This document shows, piece after piece, positions 40,681-50,666 of a stretch of DNA of 64,000 bases. The stretch comes from Bacilli bacterium (GTDB taxonomy: Bacteria; Bacillota_I; Bacilli_A; ML615J-28; CAG-698), in the NCBI GenBank assembly GCA_050174575.1, contig JBFXJT010000001.1, positions 55,276 through 119,275 on the forward strand, written 5' to 3'. The position numbers and the translations under genes are program-made. Numbering within the stretch: position 1 is the first letter of the stretch; the number at the start of each line of letters is the position of its first letter. The notes under the pieces are model-generated. The model searched no databases, was not told the origin of the DNA, and saw only the letters and a program-made list of their open reading frames with translations.

Positions 40681-41260
40681 CCAACCTCCGATATTTTTCG
40701 TACATTAATTTTAATTCATCAGAAACGATATGTTTATTACTGTCGATTTTTTGTTTTATTTTACAAGCAATTGCTCCATAAAAATTTTCTTTAGATAATT
40801 TAATAGCTTCTTGGTAATATTCATCTTCTCTTGTTTCATCAGTATAATCAGCTAAATAAATGATTTCAGCTAACGGTGTTAAGTTTAAACTTCCTAAAGT
40901 GTGATATCTAATAGCATCTAAAATTTCTTGATCGTTGATTCCTAGTTCATTTTGAATGATATATGGTCCTAACAAAGAATGCCACAATTTTGGAGAATTA
41001 TCCAATATTTTTGAATCAAGGTGATATTGATCAATTATTTTTTCAAAATCATTTTTTGAAACAAATTTCGCATAATCATGCAATAACGCAGCTGTAATCA
41101 GTGAAGTTTTTTTTACAGGAATGTGAAATTGTTTACGGAGTTCCAAAGATTTTTTCAAGACGCCGATGGAATGCCGATACCTTTCCTCTATTTTAGGATC
41201 TTTACTTTGTAAATATTTATTCCAAAGAATCCTTTTCAATTTGGGAACTAAACCAATCAT
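40646..41260 (-). CDS. yqeK: HD-domain hydrolase YqeK
   Basis: HS..V...A..LA...H...AALLHD.AK pattern; 204 aa. Confidence 0.8.
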   Translation of the reverse strand: MIGLVPKLKRILWNKYLQSKDPKIEERYRHSIGVLKKSLELRKQFHIPVKKTSLITAALLHDYAKFVSKNDFEKIIDQYHLDSKILDNSPKLWHSLLGPYIIQNELGINDQEILDAIRYHTLGSLNLTPLAEIIYLADYTDETREDEYYQEAIKLSKENFYGAIACKIKQKIDSNKHIVSDELKLMYEKYRRLDGTNYNHQTNN

Positions 41261-42354
41261 ATTATGGCCTCTCTTAATCCCACTTTGATATTTTCATAAT
41301 AAATCACTTCAATTTCACCTTCGCCAATTAAAGTTACAAAGCCAAGCCCTGAAATGTATAAGTCTTTTTTAGGTTCGGAAAAAATAAATTTTTGGGTTTT
41401 TAAATCACCCATTTTTGTTCTTTCTCTTTCGTTAGGAATTTTTAATAAATCATCTTGATGTTCTTTAAAAAAAGCATCAGCATTTTCTAACTTTGTTCGA
41501 TGTACAACAAGTTTTGGTGGAACATAAACGACAAAAGTAGATTTAAACCCGCTTAAGAATTTTATCATGCAAAATCCACCAAGCATAATTGCTTGTTGGG
41601 GATTAATTTGATAAGTAGCGGGACGAATAAATTTCTTAGGCGTTAATGTGTTTAAGGATGCCTTCTCTAAATAATATGATACTTGATGATTATTAATTAT
41701 TCCAGGAGAATCAATAATAAATGTTTTATTTGGAAGAGAAATTTTAATGAAATCCATCGTTGTACTAATAAAATTACTAACAGTTATGAGTGAATTATGT
41801 GAATAGTGTTTACTGATGGCATTAATAATGGAAGATTTTCCAACATTGGTCATTCCAAACAAATAAACATCTTGATCATCTTGCATTTTATAAATAGCAT
41901 TCAGCAATATTTCGATATCTTTTGGATTGAAACTTGATAAAACAAGCGATTTTTCTACATGAATATCGTTTTGCAATAAGTAATGATCTAAATAATTTTT
42001 AACACGCATAATTTTTACAGAGTCTAAAAATAAGTCGAATTTATTAGCAACTAAAAGAATACGGTTATTGGGAAAATATTGGTTTAAATTCCTTATCATT
42101 GTCCCATCTAAATCGAAAATATCAACCACATGGACAACCAAAGACCTACTTTCGCTTATATGTTTTACATTATTTAAAAAATCTTTTTCATCATAAGTTA
42201 TTTCAGTGTTTTTATTGTAGTGGATTAAATTAAAACAACGTTCACAATAAAAATTATCGGGATTTTTTAAATAAACATCACTTTTAATAAATCCTTTTTT
42301 ATTTGGATCAGTTGTCTGGATTTTGGCTCCACAGCCCTCACAGCGGTTTTTCAT
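41257..42354 (-). CDS. yqeH: Ribosome biogenesis GTPase YqeH (circularly permuted GTPase)
   Basis: N-terminal zinc ribbon CEGCG...CERC; G4-G1-G3 order (NKFD ... GMTNVGKSS ... DSPG). Confidence 0.85.
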   Translation of the reverse strand: MKNRCEGCGAKIQTTDPNKKGFIKSDVYLKNPDNFYCERCFNLIHYNKNTEITYDEKDFLNNVKHISESRSLVVHVVDIFDLDGTMIRNLNQYFPNNRILLVANKFDLFLDSVKIMRVKNYLDHYLLQNDIHVEKSLVLSSFNPKDIEILLNAIYKMQDDQDVYLFGMTNVGKSSIINAISKHYSHNSLITVSNFISTTMDFIKISLPNKTFIIDSPGIINNHQVSYYLEKASLNTLTPKKFIRPATYQINPQQAIMLGGFCMIKFLSGFKSTFVVYVPPKLVVHRTKLENADAFFKEHQDDLLKIPNERERTKMGDLKTQKFIFSEPKKDLYISGLGFVTLIGEGEIEVIYYENIKVGLREAII

Positions 42355-42917
42355 TCATTAATTTCCTTTATTTTTGCATAAGTCGCAGGATATTTATTTA
42401 TCATTTTTTCAATTATACGTTTTTCTGTTTTTCTATTAAATTTTGTAAACCATTGCTCATTGTGCTTTTTTAATGGCTTTACCAAAATAACATCAATTCC
42501 AAATCTATTTGCCCCTAAAACATCAGTTAAAAGTTGATCACCAATTGCTAAAATCTGCTTTTTTGAAGTCATAACTTTTTTAATAGTTTGTCGATAGCCC
42601 TTCTTTAAAGGTTTCATTGCACTAAAAACATATTCGTTGCCAACTATGTCAGAAAAACGTTTGACACGGGGTTCTTTATTATTAGACATGAAAATGATTT
42701 TAAACCCTATAGATTTAATTTTATCAAGCAGTATCTTTAATTGCTCGTAAGGTTCAAATTCATCATAAGGGATGAGAGTATTATCAATATCCATTAACAA
42801 GACTCTTTTCCCTTCATCAAAATATTTCTGATAGGGGATCTGAAAAACACTTTGAAAGCAATCTAAAGGTATAAATTTTTTTAAACCAAACAACATTATT
42901 AACATAAATTTCACCAT
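42351..42917 (-). CDS. yqeG: HAD-family phosphatase YqeG
   Basis: HAD motif I LLMDIDNTL; overlaps the yqeH start. Confidence 0.75.
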   Translation of the reverse strand: MVKFMLIMLFGLKKFIPLDCFQSVFQIPYQKYFDEGKRVLLMDIDNTLIPYDEFEPYEQLKILLDKIKSIGFKIIFMSNNKEPRVKRFSDIVGNEYVFSAMKPLKKGYRQTIKKVMTSKKQILAIGDQLLTDVLGANRFGIDVILVKPLKKHNEQWFTKFNRKTEKRIIEKMINKYPATYAKIKEINE

Positions 42918-42991
42918 AAAGAGATTATATCAAAAATAACAAAAAAAGTCTAAAAAAATTGCATAATCAAACGATTATACAATTTTATTTA

Positions 42992-43450
42992 TTAGTTATT
43001 TAAATAATTGAGAATGTCTTGAGCATTTGTATCAGGATTGGCTTTTTCAAACACTTTTTCGATTATCCCTTGTTCATCAATGATGAATGTTGATCTAGAA
43101 ACACCCATTGAGGTTTTTCCATACATTTTTTTCTCAACCCAAACGCCATACTGTTTAATAATATCTAAATTGGGGTCAGCTAGTAAAATAAATGGTAATT
43201 GGTAATCATTAATAAATTTTTTATGTGAAGCTTCGGTGTCGCGACTTATTCCAATAATAACGACATTCAAATCTTTAAATCCATCATATGCATCTCGAAA
43301 AGCACAGGCTTGCTTTGTACAACCTGGAGTGTGATCTTTTGGATAAAAATAAACAACAACCTTTTTCCCTAAAAAATCTTGAAGTGAAACATCGTTTCCA
43401 TCACTATTTTTTAATTTAAAAATTGGGGCTTTTTCTTTTTCTAATAACAT
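42992..43450 (-). CDS. bcp: Thiol peroxidase Bcp (peroxiredoxin)
   Basis: FYPKDHTPGCTKQAC peroxiredoxin active site, 152 aa. Confidence 0.85.
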   Translation of the reverse strand: MLLEKEKAPIFKLKNSDGNDVSLQDFLGKKVVVYFYPKDHTPGCTKQACAFRDAYDGFKDLNVVIIGISRDTEASHKKFINDYQLPFILLADPNLDIIKQYGVWVEKKMYGKTSMGVSRSTFIIDEQGIIEKVFEKANPDTNAQDILNYLNN

Positions 43451-43462
43451 TAAATTTTCTCC

Positions 43463-43828
43463 TTAACCTTTGATTGTTTCATATGGCCAATCAATAATGC
43501 CACCTAAATCAAAAACATTTTTATAACCCATTTCTTTTAATTCAGCTACTGCAGTTGCACTACGGTTACCGCTTCGGCAATAAACAATGTAAGTAATTTC
43601 TTTATCAGGCATTTTTTCCGCAGCAGAAGCTTCTAAAGTTGTTAATGGGACCAAAATTGCCCTTGGAATATGTTCAGCAACATATTCTTCATAAGTCCTA
43701 ACATCAACTAAAACAATTGAAGAGTCTTCTTCCATCATTTTTTGTGCTTGTAAAGGTGTTATAACACTACTTGCACCACAACCTACCAGAATAAAAACAA
43801 GCAAAAACAATAAGTATAACTTTTTCAT
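43463..43828 (-). CDS. Rhodanese-domain lipoprotein (sulfurtransferase)
   Basis: Signal peptide plus lipobox LVGCG; active-site loop YCRSGNRS. Confidence 0.8.
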   Translation of the reverse strand: MKKLYLLFLLVFILVGCGASSVITPLQAQKMMEEDSSIVLVDVRTYEEYVAEHIPRAILVPLTTLEASAAEKMPDKEITYIVYCRSGNRSATAVAELKEMGYKNVFDLGGIIDWPYETIKG

Positions 43829-43887
43829 AAATACCTCAACTTGAAATAATTATATCATTTGTAACAAAAAGATGTCACGAATTTGCA

Positions 43888-43915
43888 TAAAAAAAGGATA
43901 AGAAAATCTTATCCA
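43888..43915 (-). terminator. Terminator overlapping the stop of the 43909..45279 gene
   Basis: Minus strand GGATAAG-ATTTT-CTTATCC followed by TTTTTTT. Confidence 0.6.
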
Positions 43916-45279
43916 ATTTTTGGCAAGCAAGCTGCGGCTATCGATTGACCAACTCGTCTACTCATTTCATCGGGCATGGATATTTTAATGTGATTCAAAT
44001 ATGGAAATTCATCTCGTAATACTTTTGAAGCAACATCTAAAATTGTATTCCCACCTTTTCCAGAAACAACTCGTCCTAATAATAGAACATGTTTTAATTG
44101 ATAGAAATGGGCATAATAAGCGATGGTATATCCTAAATAAATGCCAATGTTTTCAAAAATTTCATTTGCAACGAAGTTGTTTTCTTCGTTCAATTTTTGG
44201 ACATATTTAAGTTTCTGAGCAAGTGATAATTGCTCGTCAAATTGAATCCCACCAGCTTTTGCTAATTTAATAACAGAGTCTTGTGAGAAGTATTTAACTC
44301 CACAGCCGTAATCACCGCTCCACTCATCAATCATGCTTGCTTTATTAAAATCAACAGGAACAAAAGCCAATTCATTCAACCAGCCTTTTAAATTACCATT
44401 TTCATCAACATACCCTGCAGCTTCCGATGTTCCCATAGCAATTCCTAAAATTTGATTATCTTTTAGTTCCATGGCTCCAGCAAGTGCTGAAACATCACCA
44501 TCATTAGCAACAACCAATGGTACGTTTCCAAATGTTTTTGCAATGTCGATATACATATTTTTAACACGTGAGTCAAATAAATCCTTAGGTACTTTCAAAA
44601 ATAAAGAGGCTACCATAATTTTATTGTTGACGTAAATTCCTGCAGAAGAAACACCAATGGCATCTACTCGTGGCATGTGACTAGCTGCTGTTTTCATTGC
44701 TTCCATAATTCCTTGGTAATGATAATCTGGGTCAACAGCCGTTTTTGGGAACCATGATACTTCTTCACTGTAAACAACTTGCCCATCAACGACAGCAGAT
44801 ACTTTTCGATCAGAGCCACCAGCATCAAAACCAATACGGCAACCATTTAAATTAGCATCAAAAATAATTTTTTCTTGTTTTAAATTTGGAATTTGCTCAT
44901 ATGAAACTTGATCTACAAAAAAAGGATGATCATAAGCATTAGCAAGAAATTGGAAATCAAATTCGCGTCTTCCTCCTATGCCATAATCGTTTTTTATTTT
45001 TTCATATAAAAATGGTGATCCAGCTATATAAACCTTAAAACCACCGACTAGCCAAAGAAGTGTTTTAATAATTCGCTCAATGATTTCATAGTTTTCTAAA
45101 TCATGTCCAGTACCGTCTTTATAAGTATCAATTTCATAAATATGATTGAATTTATCGTTTCTTTCAATACAAATCACAACTCTTTGTTTTTGACTTTCAG
45201 CTTGAACTTGCTTTTTAAAATCATTCAACTTAATAATCATCGGCATGAATTGTTTATCTAGTGACGGAATGTATTTCAT
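43909..45279 (-). CDS. ASKHA-superfamily (ROK/BadF-like) sugar-kinase-like protein with a ~140-aa N-terminal extension
   Basis: Phosphate-1-like GFDAGGSDRK, LVVANDGDVSALAGA and IAMGTSEAAGYVDENG motifs typical of ROK/ASKHA ATPases; the N-terminal domain is not recognised. Confidence 0.45.
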   Translation of the reverse strand: MKYIPSLDKQFMPMIIKLNDFKKQVQAESQKQRVVICIERNDKFNHIYEIDTYKDGTGHDLENYEIIERIIKTLLWLVGGFKVYIAGSPFLYEKIKNDYGIGGRREFDFQFLANAYDHPFFVDQVSYEQIPNLKQEKIIFDANLNGCRIGFDAGGSDRKVSAVVDGQVVYSEEVSWFPKTAVDPDYHYQGIMEAMKTAASHMPRVDAIGVSSAGIYVNNKIMVASLFLKVPKDLFDSRVKNMYIDIAKTFGNVPLVVANDGDVSALAGAMELKDNQILGIAMGTSEAAGYVDENGNLKGWLNELAFVPVDFNKASMIDEWSGDYGCGVKYFSQDSVIKLAKAGGIQFDEQLSLAQKLKYVQKLNEENNFVANEIFENIGIYLGYTIAYYAHFYQLKHVLLLGRVVSGKGGNTILDVASKVLRDEFPYLNHIKISMPDEMSRRVGQSIAAACLPKIG

Positions 45280-45289
45280 ATCTTCAACC

Positions 45290-45754
45290 TCAACTGATTT
45301 TTTTGATTATTACGTAAAATTCGTTCCCTGTTTCTGTTTTTACAAGAACTCGGTCACCAACTTTATGATTAATTATAGCCATTCCTAATGGTGATTCATT
45401 AGAAATTTTTTCTTGTAAAGGGTCAGCTTCAAGGCTCCCAACTAAAGTAAAGTCATAAACTGTTTTGTCTTCAAATTCAACGACAATTTTTTTGCCTAAG
45501 TTTGATGTTGCTGTTTTTATATCATCAATGATGATTGCATTTTTAATAATACTTTCTAGTTCTTTTATGCGTGCTTCTAATCTTGCCTGTTCATCTCTTG
45601 CAGCATCATAATCAGCATTTTCAGACAAGTCGCCTTGGGCACGTGCTTCTTTTAAGGACTCAATAACGCGGCCACGTTCAGCGTTTTTTAAAAAGTCTAA
45701 TTCAATTTTGCACTTTTCTAATCCTTCTGCTGTTAATTGGTGTTTTCCGTTCAT
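45290..45754 (-). CDS. greA: Transcription elongation factor GreA
   Basis: 154 aa; coiled-coil N-domain with acidic tip (ENADYDAARDEQ), FKBP-like C-domain. Confidence 0.9.
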   Translation of the reverse strand: MNGKHQLTAEGLEKCKIELDFLKNAERGRVIESLKEARAQGDLSENADYDAARDEQARLEARIKELESIIKNAIIIDDIKTATSNLGKKIVVEFEDKTVYDFTLVGSLEADPLQEKISNESPLGMAIINHKVGDRVLVKTETGNEFYVIIKKIS

Positions 45755-45812
45755 TATAAATCCTCCTTTTTAATTTTAAGTGTATTATACCAAAAAATGG
45801 TTAAAAAAGCAA

Positions 45813-47012
45813 TCATTTTTTTCGGTTTGCTCGACGAATCATATCACCAGCTACAACTGGTAAAGAAGTTTTAAAATAAATTATTTGTAATGGATGAGGA
45901 GCTTCAGTAATGTCGTTACCCAATTCATCATGTAAATAATCAAGAGATTGAACAAAGTTTTGCTTATTTGGGCCGAAAAATTCAATGTTATCTCCAACTT
46001 GAAAATAATTACGCTGTTGAACTTTCGCATATTTTGTTTGTTTGTTATAGTCTAGGACCACCCCAATAAATTCTTTTGTCGGGATAAGGTCATCGTTGTT
46101 ATATAACTGTTCTGAAACACTAGGATTATTAAACAGAAAACCGCTTCCAGTGGTTCTGTTTTCAGCTTTTGCTATTTCTTGTTCATAAAATCGATAATTT
46201 TTAATTGTTTTTGTGTTTACATATTCATCGATTAACATACGATATCCCCGAACAACAGTAGCAATATAGTATACTGATTTCATTCTTCCTTCAATTTTCA
46301 ACGATGCAACACCAAGATCAATTAATTTAGGTATTGCGCGTATTCCACACAAATCTCTTGATCCCATCGCAAAATCAAAAGTTTCAGAATCTTTTTGATT
46401 ATCAACATCAAGTAATTGGTAATTCCAACGGCAAGAGTGTGCACAACCTCCTCGATTTGCATCACGATTTGACATGTGATTGCTTAACATACATCGGCCT
46501 GAATAAGACACACACATCCCACCATGAATAAAAACTTCTAATTCTAAATCCGTTTTCTTGATAATTTGCTCGATTAACGTTAAACCTACTTCGCGTGCCA
46601 ACACGACTCGGGAAAAGCCCCAATCTTTAAATTGATTAATGGTTTCCGAATTTGAAGCAGAAAACTGCGTGCTTAAATGACGCTCCAAACGAGGAGCTAC
46701 TTCTTTTGCTACTTTCGCTATATAAAAACTTGTCACGATGATTCCATCAACATCAAAGGAGTCTAAAAGGCGTAAGTAAGCTTCTAATTCATCAAAGTCT
46801 TCATCATGGGGAACAATATTCATGGTCACGTAGACTTTTGCTTGATGATTGTGAGCAAATATAACCCCTTCTTTTATATCATCAAGTTCAAAATTACTAG
46901 CTCTTGCCCGAAGACTAAATTTTTTACCACCGATATAAACGGCATTTGCACCATACAAAATTGCTACTTTTAGCTTTTCTAAATCACCCGCTGGAGCTAA
47001 TAATTCAATCAT
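45813..47012 (-). CDS. Peptidase U32 family protein (YrrO-like; tRNA U34 hydroxylation TrhP-type)
   Basis: 399 aa; U32 signature E.F.HGGMC.SYSGRC; third gene of a yrrM-yrrN-yrrO-like operon. Confidence 0.8.
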   Translation of the reverse strand: MIELLAPAGDLEKLKVAILYGANAVYIGGKKFSLRARASNFELDDIKEGVIFAHNHQAKVYVTMNIVPHDEDFDELEAYLRLLDSFDVDGIIVTSFYIAKVAKEVAPRLERHLSTQFSASNSETINQFKDWGFSRVVLAREVGLTLIEQIIKKTDLELEVFIHGGMCVSYSGRCMLSNHMSNRDANRGGCAHSCRWNYQLLDVDNQKDSETFDFAMGSRDLCGIRAIPKLIDLGVASLKIEGRMKSVYYIATVVRGYRMLIDEYVNTKTIKNYRFYEQEIAKAENRTTGSGFLFNNPSVSEQLYNNDDLIPTKEFIGVVLDYNKQTKYAKVQQRNYFQVGDNIEFFGPNKQNFVQSLDYLHDELGNDITEAPHPLQIIYFKTSLPVVAGDMIRRANRKK

Positions 47013-47877
47013 AATCTTGCTCCTTTGTCGGTTTTTTCTTATATAAATAACCAGTACTTAACATTGGGTGAATTACTTTTAATTCATCGAAAGAAGTTTG
47101 AGAAAACGATGTGAAAAGGCCTAAATGATATTGGTTAACAATTTTAACCAATTGCTTTTCATCAATAAATAAACCACTAATTTTGATAAATCGTAATTCA
47201 TTCTTTAAATCTTCAAGTTCTAGAAATAAGCAATATCTTTGAGGGTTATAAATAAAAGTTCCTTTTTCAGCTTCATATATCGAATAAACATCACTTCTAA
47301 ATTCTTCCTTTAAACCCCATCTTTTGTTGTTCAAAGCATTTGGGTTGTTTGAATATTTTTGATAAGTCGATAAAAGTAAACGACGAGAATAAAAAATTTG
47401 GTGATAACCATAAACTTCAACAACACCATTCCCAACTCCGCTGATAGTTTTAATTTCATCAAACATCAATTCATTACTCAACATAACTAATTGTTCCATT
47501 TCAGCATAGAATTTCGCATCAAAAGAATTTGTAATTAGTGTTTTAGGATTATAAAGAAGTTTTGTTTGTTTTGCTTTTTGTTTCCAAAAACTAAAAATAG
47601 CATAATCGCCATAAATAATATAATCAATGTCAAGTAACAAATACCAATTAAGTCGTTGATACAAGTTTGCAACTTCATCTTCTTCTATGATGCGATCAAC
47701 GTTGATAAATACAAGTTTTTTTCGTGCATGAATAAGAGAAACAGCTTGGGAAATTTGTTCAAGGTCCAATGTTTGGTCATTAAAGCAAGAAAAGTCGGGA
47801 TCATTGATAATAAATCCATCGACTTTATATTCATCCAACATTATAAGAGATTTTAGATCGACAATTAATTTGGTCAT
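47005..47877 (-). CDS. Peptidase U32-family paralog (YrrN-like)
   Basis: U32 N-terminal barrel-like region without the Cys signature, as in B. subtilis YrrN; start taken at the internal MTKLIVDL, abutting the upstream methyltransferase stop. Confidence 0.6.
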   Translation of the reverse strand: MTKLIVDLKSLIMLDEYKVDGFIINDPDFSCFNDQTLDLEQISQAVSLIHARKKLVFINVDRIIEEDEVANLYQRLNWYLLLDIDYIIYGDYAIFSFWKQKAKQTKLLYNPKTLITNSFDAKFYAEMEQLVMLSNELMFDEIKTISGVGNGVVEVYGYHQIFYSRRLLLSTYQKYSNNPNALNNKRWGLKEEFRSDVYSIYEAEKGTFIYNPQRYCLFLELEDLKNELRFIKISGLFIDEKQLVKIVNQYHLGLFTSFSQTSFDELKVIHPMLSTGYLYKKKPTKEQDYD

Positions 47878-48506
47878 TTTTTTAACCTGCTTGAGATGGC
47901 CATCCCATCCCCAATTTCCAAAAATAATGTTTGAAAGTTTTTGTTTTTTGCAAGCCATGTATTATAGTTGCGAATTTTTTCAACCAAATTCTTTAAATTC
48001 TTATTTTCTATCGGAGTATCTTGAGTAACTAAACCATGGAAAAGAAGGTTATCTGAAATAATTATTCCCCCATCATTTAATAAAGGAGCATATTTTTCAA
48101 AAAAATGAATATATTGAGCCTTTGCAGCATCAATGAAAATGATGTCATATAGATTATTGATTAAAGACAAATCAAATTCCAAAGCATCTCCTAAAAAAAC
48201 GTTAACTCGCTCGGTTAATTTTGCACTTTCAACATACTTAAGAGCTTGTTGATACATATCAGCATTTTTCTCAATCGTATCAACAATTATGTCTTTATTA
48301 AATAAGGCAACACTTATCGAAGTAAAGCCTATTGCAGTACCAATTTCTAAAAAACGTTTAGGCTTCATAATGTCGACCATTTGTAGCATTAATGCTAATC
48401 CTTGTTCATTAAGAACAGGAATTTTATTTTGCACAGCATTTTTACTCATTTCTTTTACAACTTTTGAATTGAGCAATTGGTTTAAATTATCAAAGTAGTT
48501 ACTCAT
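47874..48506 (-). CDS. Class I SAM-dependent O-methyltransferase (YrrM/TrmR-like)
   Basis: LEIGTAIGFTS SAM-binding motif I; DIIFIDAAK motif; precedes the two U32 genes. Confidence 0.7.
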   Translation of the reverse strand: MSNYFDNLNQLLNSKVVKEMSKNAVQNKIPVLNEQGLALMLQMVDIMKPKRFLEIGTAIGFTSISVALFNKDIIVDTIEKNADMYQQALKYVESAKLTERVNVFLGDALEFDLSLINNLYDIIFIDAAKAQYIHFFEKYAPLLNDGGIIISDNLLFHGLVTQDTPIENKNLKNLVEKIRNYNTWLAKNKNFQTLFLEIGDGMAISSRLKK

Positions 48507-48563
48507 AAAATCACCTTGTTGCATTATACAATAAAATGCTGTTTTTTGCAACCGTTAGACTTC

Positions 48564-49808
48564 TTAAGCTTTTCTTAACCCCTGGGAGTAATAATATGCC
48601 TCTTTGTATTTCGAAGACGAAACTAAATATTCAAGATAAAATTGATCATAAACATCATGGTACAAATGATGCTGATAAATGGAATTATTAATTAATATGT
48701 CATATTTTAAATAATCAAGAATAATATCTTTCTTTTCATTGTGAAATTTCATCACCATAAAATTAATGAATTTTTGATGAGTAATATCTTTTTGTTCAAA
48801 TAAACAATTACTTACTAAATCCATGGCATCATTTATATAGTTCTCATCATTGATTAAATTTGCTGTATATAATAATAGTGCGCAAAAACGTGCATCAAAA
48901 AAAAGTTTTTGATTGACGATTTCATCATACACATCAAACCAGTAGTCGCCCTTCAATAAAATGATTAACTTCCAGTAACGCACATCTAAAGAAAATTGAT
49001 TTTCCAAATTTTCAAAATTCAAATTTTGAATTTCCTTTTCAACTTCTTTAAAATATTGTTTAGCATTTAAATCTAACATCATCAATTTTATTAAAAGTTG
49101 ACGCTGATTCGGAAAGCCTATATTTAAATTATTAATTAATTTATGATAATACTTATAAGCCATCGGATAATTTTTCGTGTGGTAGCCTGTTATGAATTGT
49201 TGTTCATAAATAAGCCAATTAATTTCCTGAAAATCAAAAATAAGTTTGTCTAAATAATTTAAGTATTTTAATGCTTCAAAAAATTGATTTGTTTTTATAT
49301 AATACTCCACAACCAAATACATGAACGGACCAACATCTTCCATTTGTAAGGTGTCTTTGATATTATCAAGTGTTTTAATAATCTCTTTAAATTCGTCAAA
49401 TTTCTCATTATTCAAATAATAAAAGCCCTTAATTAAAAAGTTTTGGACGTTAAATAATGTGTCATCAATCATAGAAAAATACTTATTAATGTCATCATAG
49501 TGATTGTACAAACAAGCTTTCACAACTTCACTAACACCATTTTCGATAATGTTTGCGCCCACCTTAGTATAATCAAGGTTAACCCTTTCAAAAATGGCTT
49601 TAATGTAATCTTCATCCACTGAAATTGCATTTTTTTCAAATTTACATAAATAACTGATTGAACAAATCCCATGAGCCATCTCTTGTAATGTCATTTTTCG
49701 TTTTAATCGTTCATTTTTAATAATTTGTGAATACAAGTAAGTTTTATTAGAAACCTTTTTGTTTCCTAATAACAAATCAAATTTTTCGATTTTCGATATC
49801 ATTTTCAA
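48564..49808 (-). CDS. XRE-HTH + TPR-like helical repeat regulator (Rgg/RNPP-like putative peptide-responsive regulator)
   Basis: HTH (RLKRKMTLQEMAHGICSISYLCKFEKN) at residues ~30-80 followed by a ~330-aa all-helical repeat region rich in Y/F/L; 414 aa. Confidence 0.5.
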   Translation of the reverse strand: MKMISKIEKFDLLLGNKKVSNKTYLYSQIIKNERLKRKMTLQEMAHGICSISYLCKFEKNAISVDEDYIKAIFERVNLDYTKVGANIIENGVSEVVKACLYNHYDDINKYFSMIDDTLFNVQNFLIKGFYYLNNEKFDEFKEIIKTLDNIKDTLQMEDVGPFMYLVVEYYIKTNQFFEALKYLNYLDKLIFDFQEINWLIYEQQFITGYHTKNYPMAYKYYHKLINNLNIGFPNQRQLLIKLMMLDLNAKQYFKEVEKEIQNLNFENLENQFSLDVRYWKLIILLKGDYWFDVYDEIVNQKLFFDARFCALLLYTANLINDENYINDAMDLVSNCLFEQKDITHQKFINFMVMKFHNEKKDIILDYLKYDILINNSIYQHHLYHDVYDQFYLEYLVSSSKYKEAYYYSQGLRKA

Positions 49809-49834
49809 TCCCCTTCCTGATATTTATCGTAAGC

Positions 49835-49863
49835 ATTATAAAATATTTTAAATTGTCTTTCAA
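49835..49863 (-). promoter_or_regulatory. Sigma-A-type promoter of the Rgg-like regulator
   Basis: Minus strand TTGAAA-17 nt-TATAAT, ~25 nt upstream of the AGGAAGGGG RBS. Confidence 0.55.
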
Positions 49864-49926
49864 GCAATTATCTATATTTCATTTTTGAAAAAAATTAAAA
49901 TTATATTTTGATACTGATAGTATGCA

Positions 49927-49950
49927 AAAAGCCCCGCGAGGGGCTAAAAC
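49927..49950 (-). terminator. GC-rich hairpin terminator after the DUF45 gene (bidirectional)
   Basis: AAAAAGCCCCGCGAGGGGCTAAAA, a perfect 5-bp GC stem with GCGA loop flanked by A/T runs. Confidence 0.7.
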
Positions 49951-50648
49951 AGTAAAACTTCATAATTTTTTAATTCTTTTTCATATCTTCGATGACCAGA
50001 AATGATTTTTTCCAATCTTTTATGAAACTCTTTTCCATGATTAGGATACTGCAAATGCAACAATTCATGGATGATGACATAAGTTACCAATCCTAAAGGT
50101 AAATGGTATAAACGGGAATTTAAACTAATATGTTTTGTTTTCACATTACAACTTCCCCACCGAGCATTCATAATCCGGAAAGTCAACGGTAAAACAGACC
50201 CGGGATTAGAAACGAGTTTATGCAGCCAATAGTTATACTTGTCAATAATGATACTTCTGGCAAACTTCTCAATTTCATGAAATGATTCATAATAGGAAAT
50301 TGGAACATATAAAAAGTCATTTTCAAATTTAAATGGAATAGTCATCTCTTCTTTGATGACAATCGATAGGATATCACCAAACCATAGAAGTTTTTTCCCA
50401 GCAATTATTTCATTTATTGGAAACAAGGACAATTTATATTTGACTAATTTAATAGTTTTTTCCAACCAATCTAGATTACTGTTTAAATAATCCATTGCCT
50501 TTTCATCATTTATGTTGTTTGGACAATGGACAAAAACTCGCAAATTATAACGTACGCGAATGGAAAAACAAGCATATTTTTTTCTAATAATAGAAACAGG
50601 ATATGTTTCTTGATTAACGGTTATACTTGTTTCTGTCGATTTATTCAT
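49944..50648 (-). CDS. YgjP-like metal-dependent hydrolase (DUF45 / WLM-M48-like, HExxH)
   Basis: C-terminal HELLHLQYPNHGKEFHKRLEKI zinc-metalloprotease motif; 234 aa. Confidence 0.65.
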   Translation of the reverse strand: MNKSTETSITVNQETYPVSIIRKKYACFSIRVRYNLRVFVHCPNNINDEKAMDYLNSNLDWLEKTIKLVKYKLSLFPINEIIAGKKLLWFGDILSIVIKEEMTIPFKFENDFLYVPISYYESFHEIEKFARSIIIDKYNYWLHKLVSNPGSVLPLTFRIMNARWGSCNVKTKHISLNSRLYHLPLGLVTYVIIHELLHLQYPNHGKEFHKRLEKIISGHRRYEKELKNYEVLLF

Positions 50649-50666
50649 TCAATTCACCTAGCTAAA

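Noticed and set aside
49921-49956. 11-codon plus-strand ORF (MQKAPRGAKTV) as a candidate pheromone for the Rgg-like regulator
   Set aside because: It coincides exactly with the GC-rich terminator hairpin and encodes a hydrophilic peptide, unlike SHP-type pheromones.
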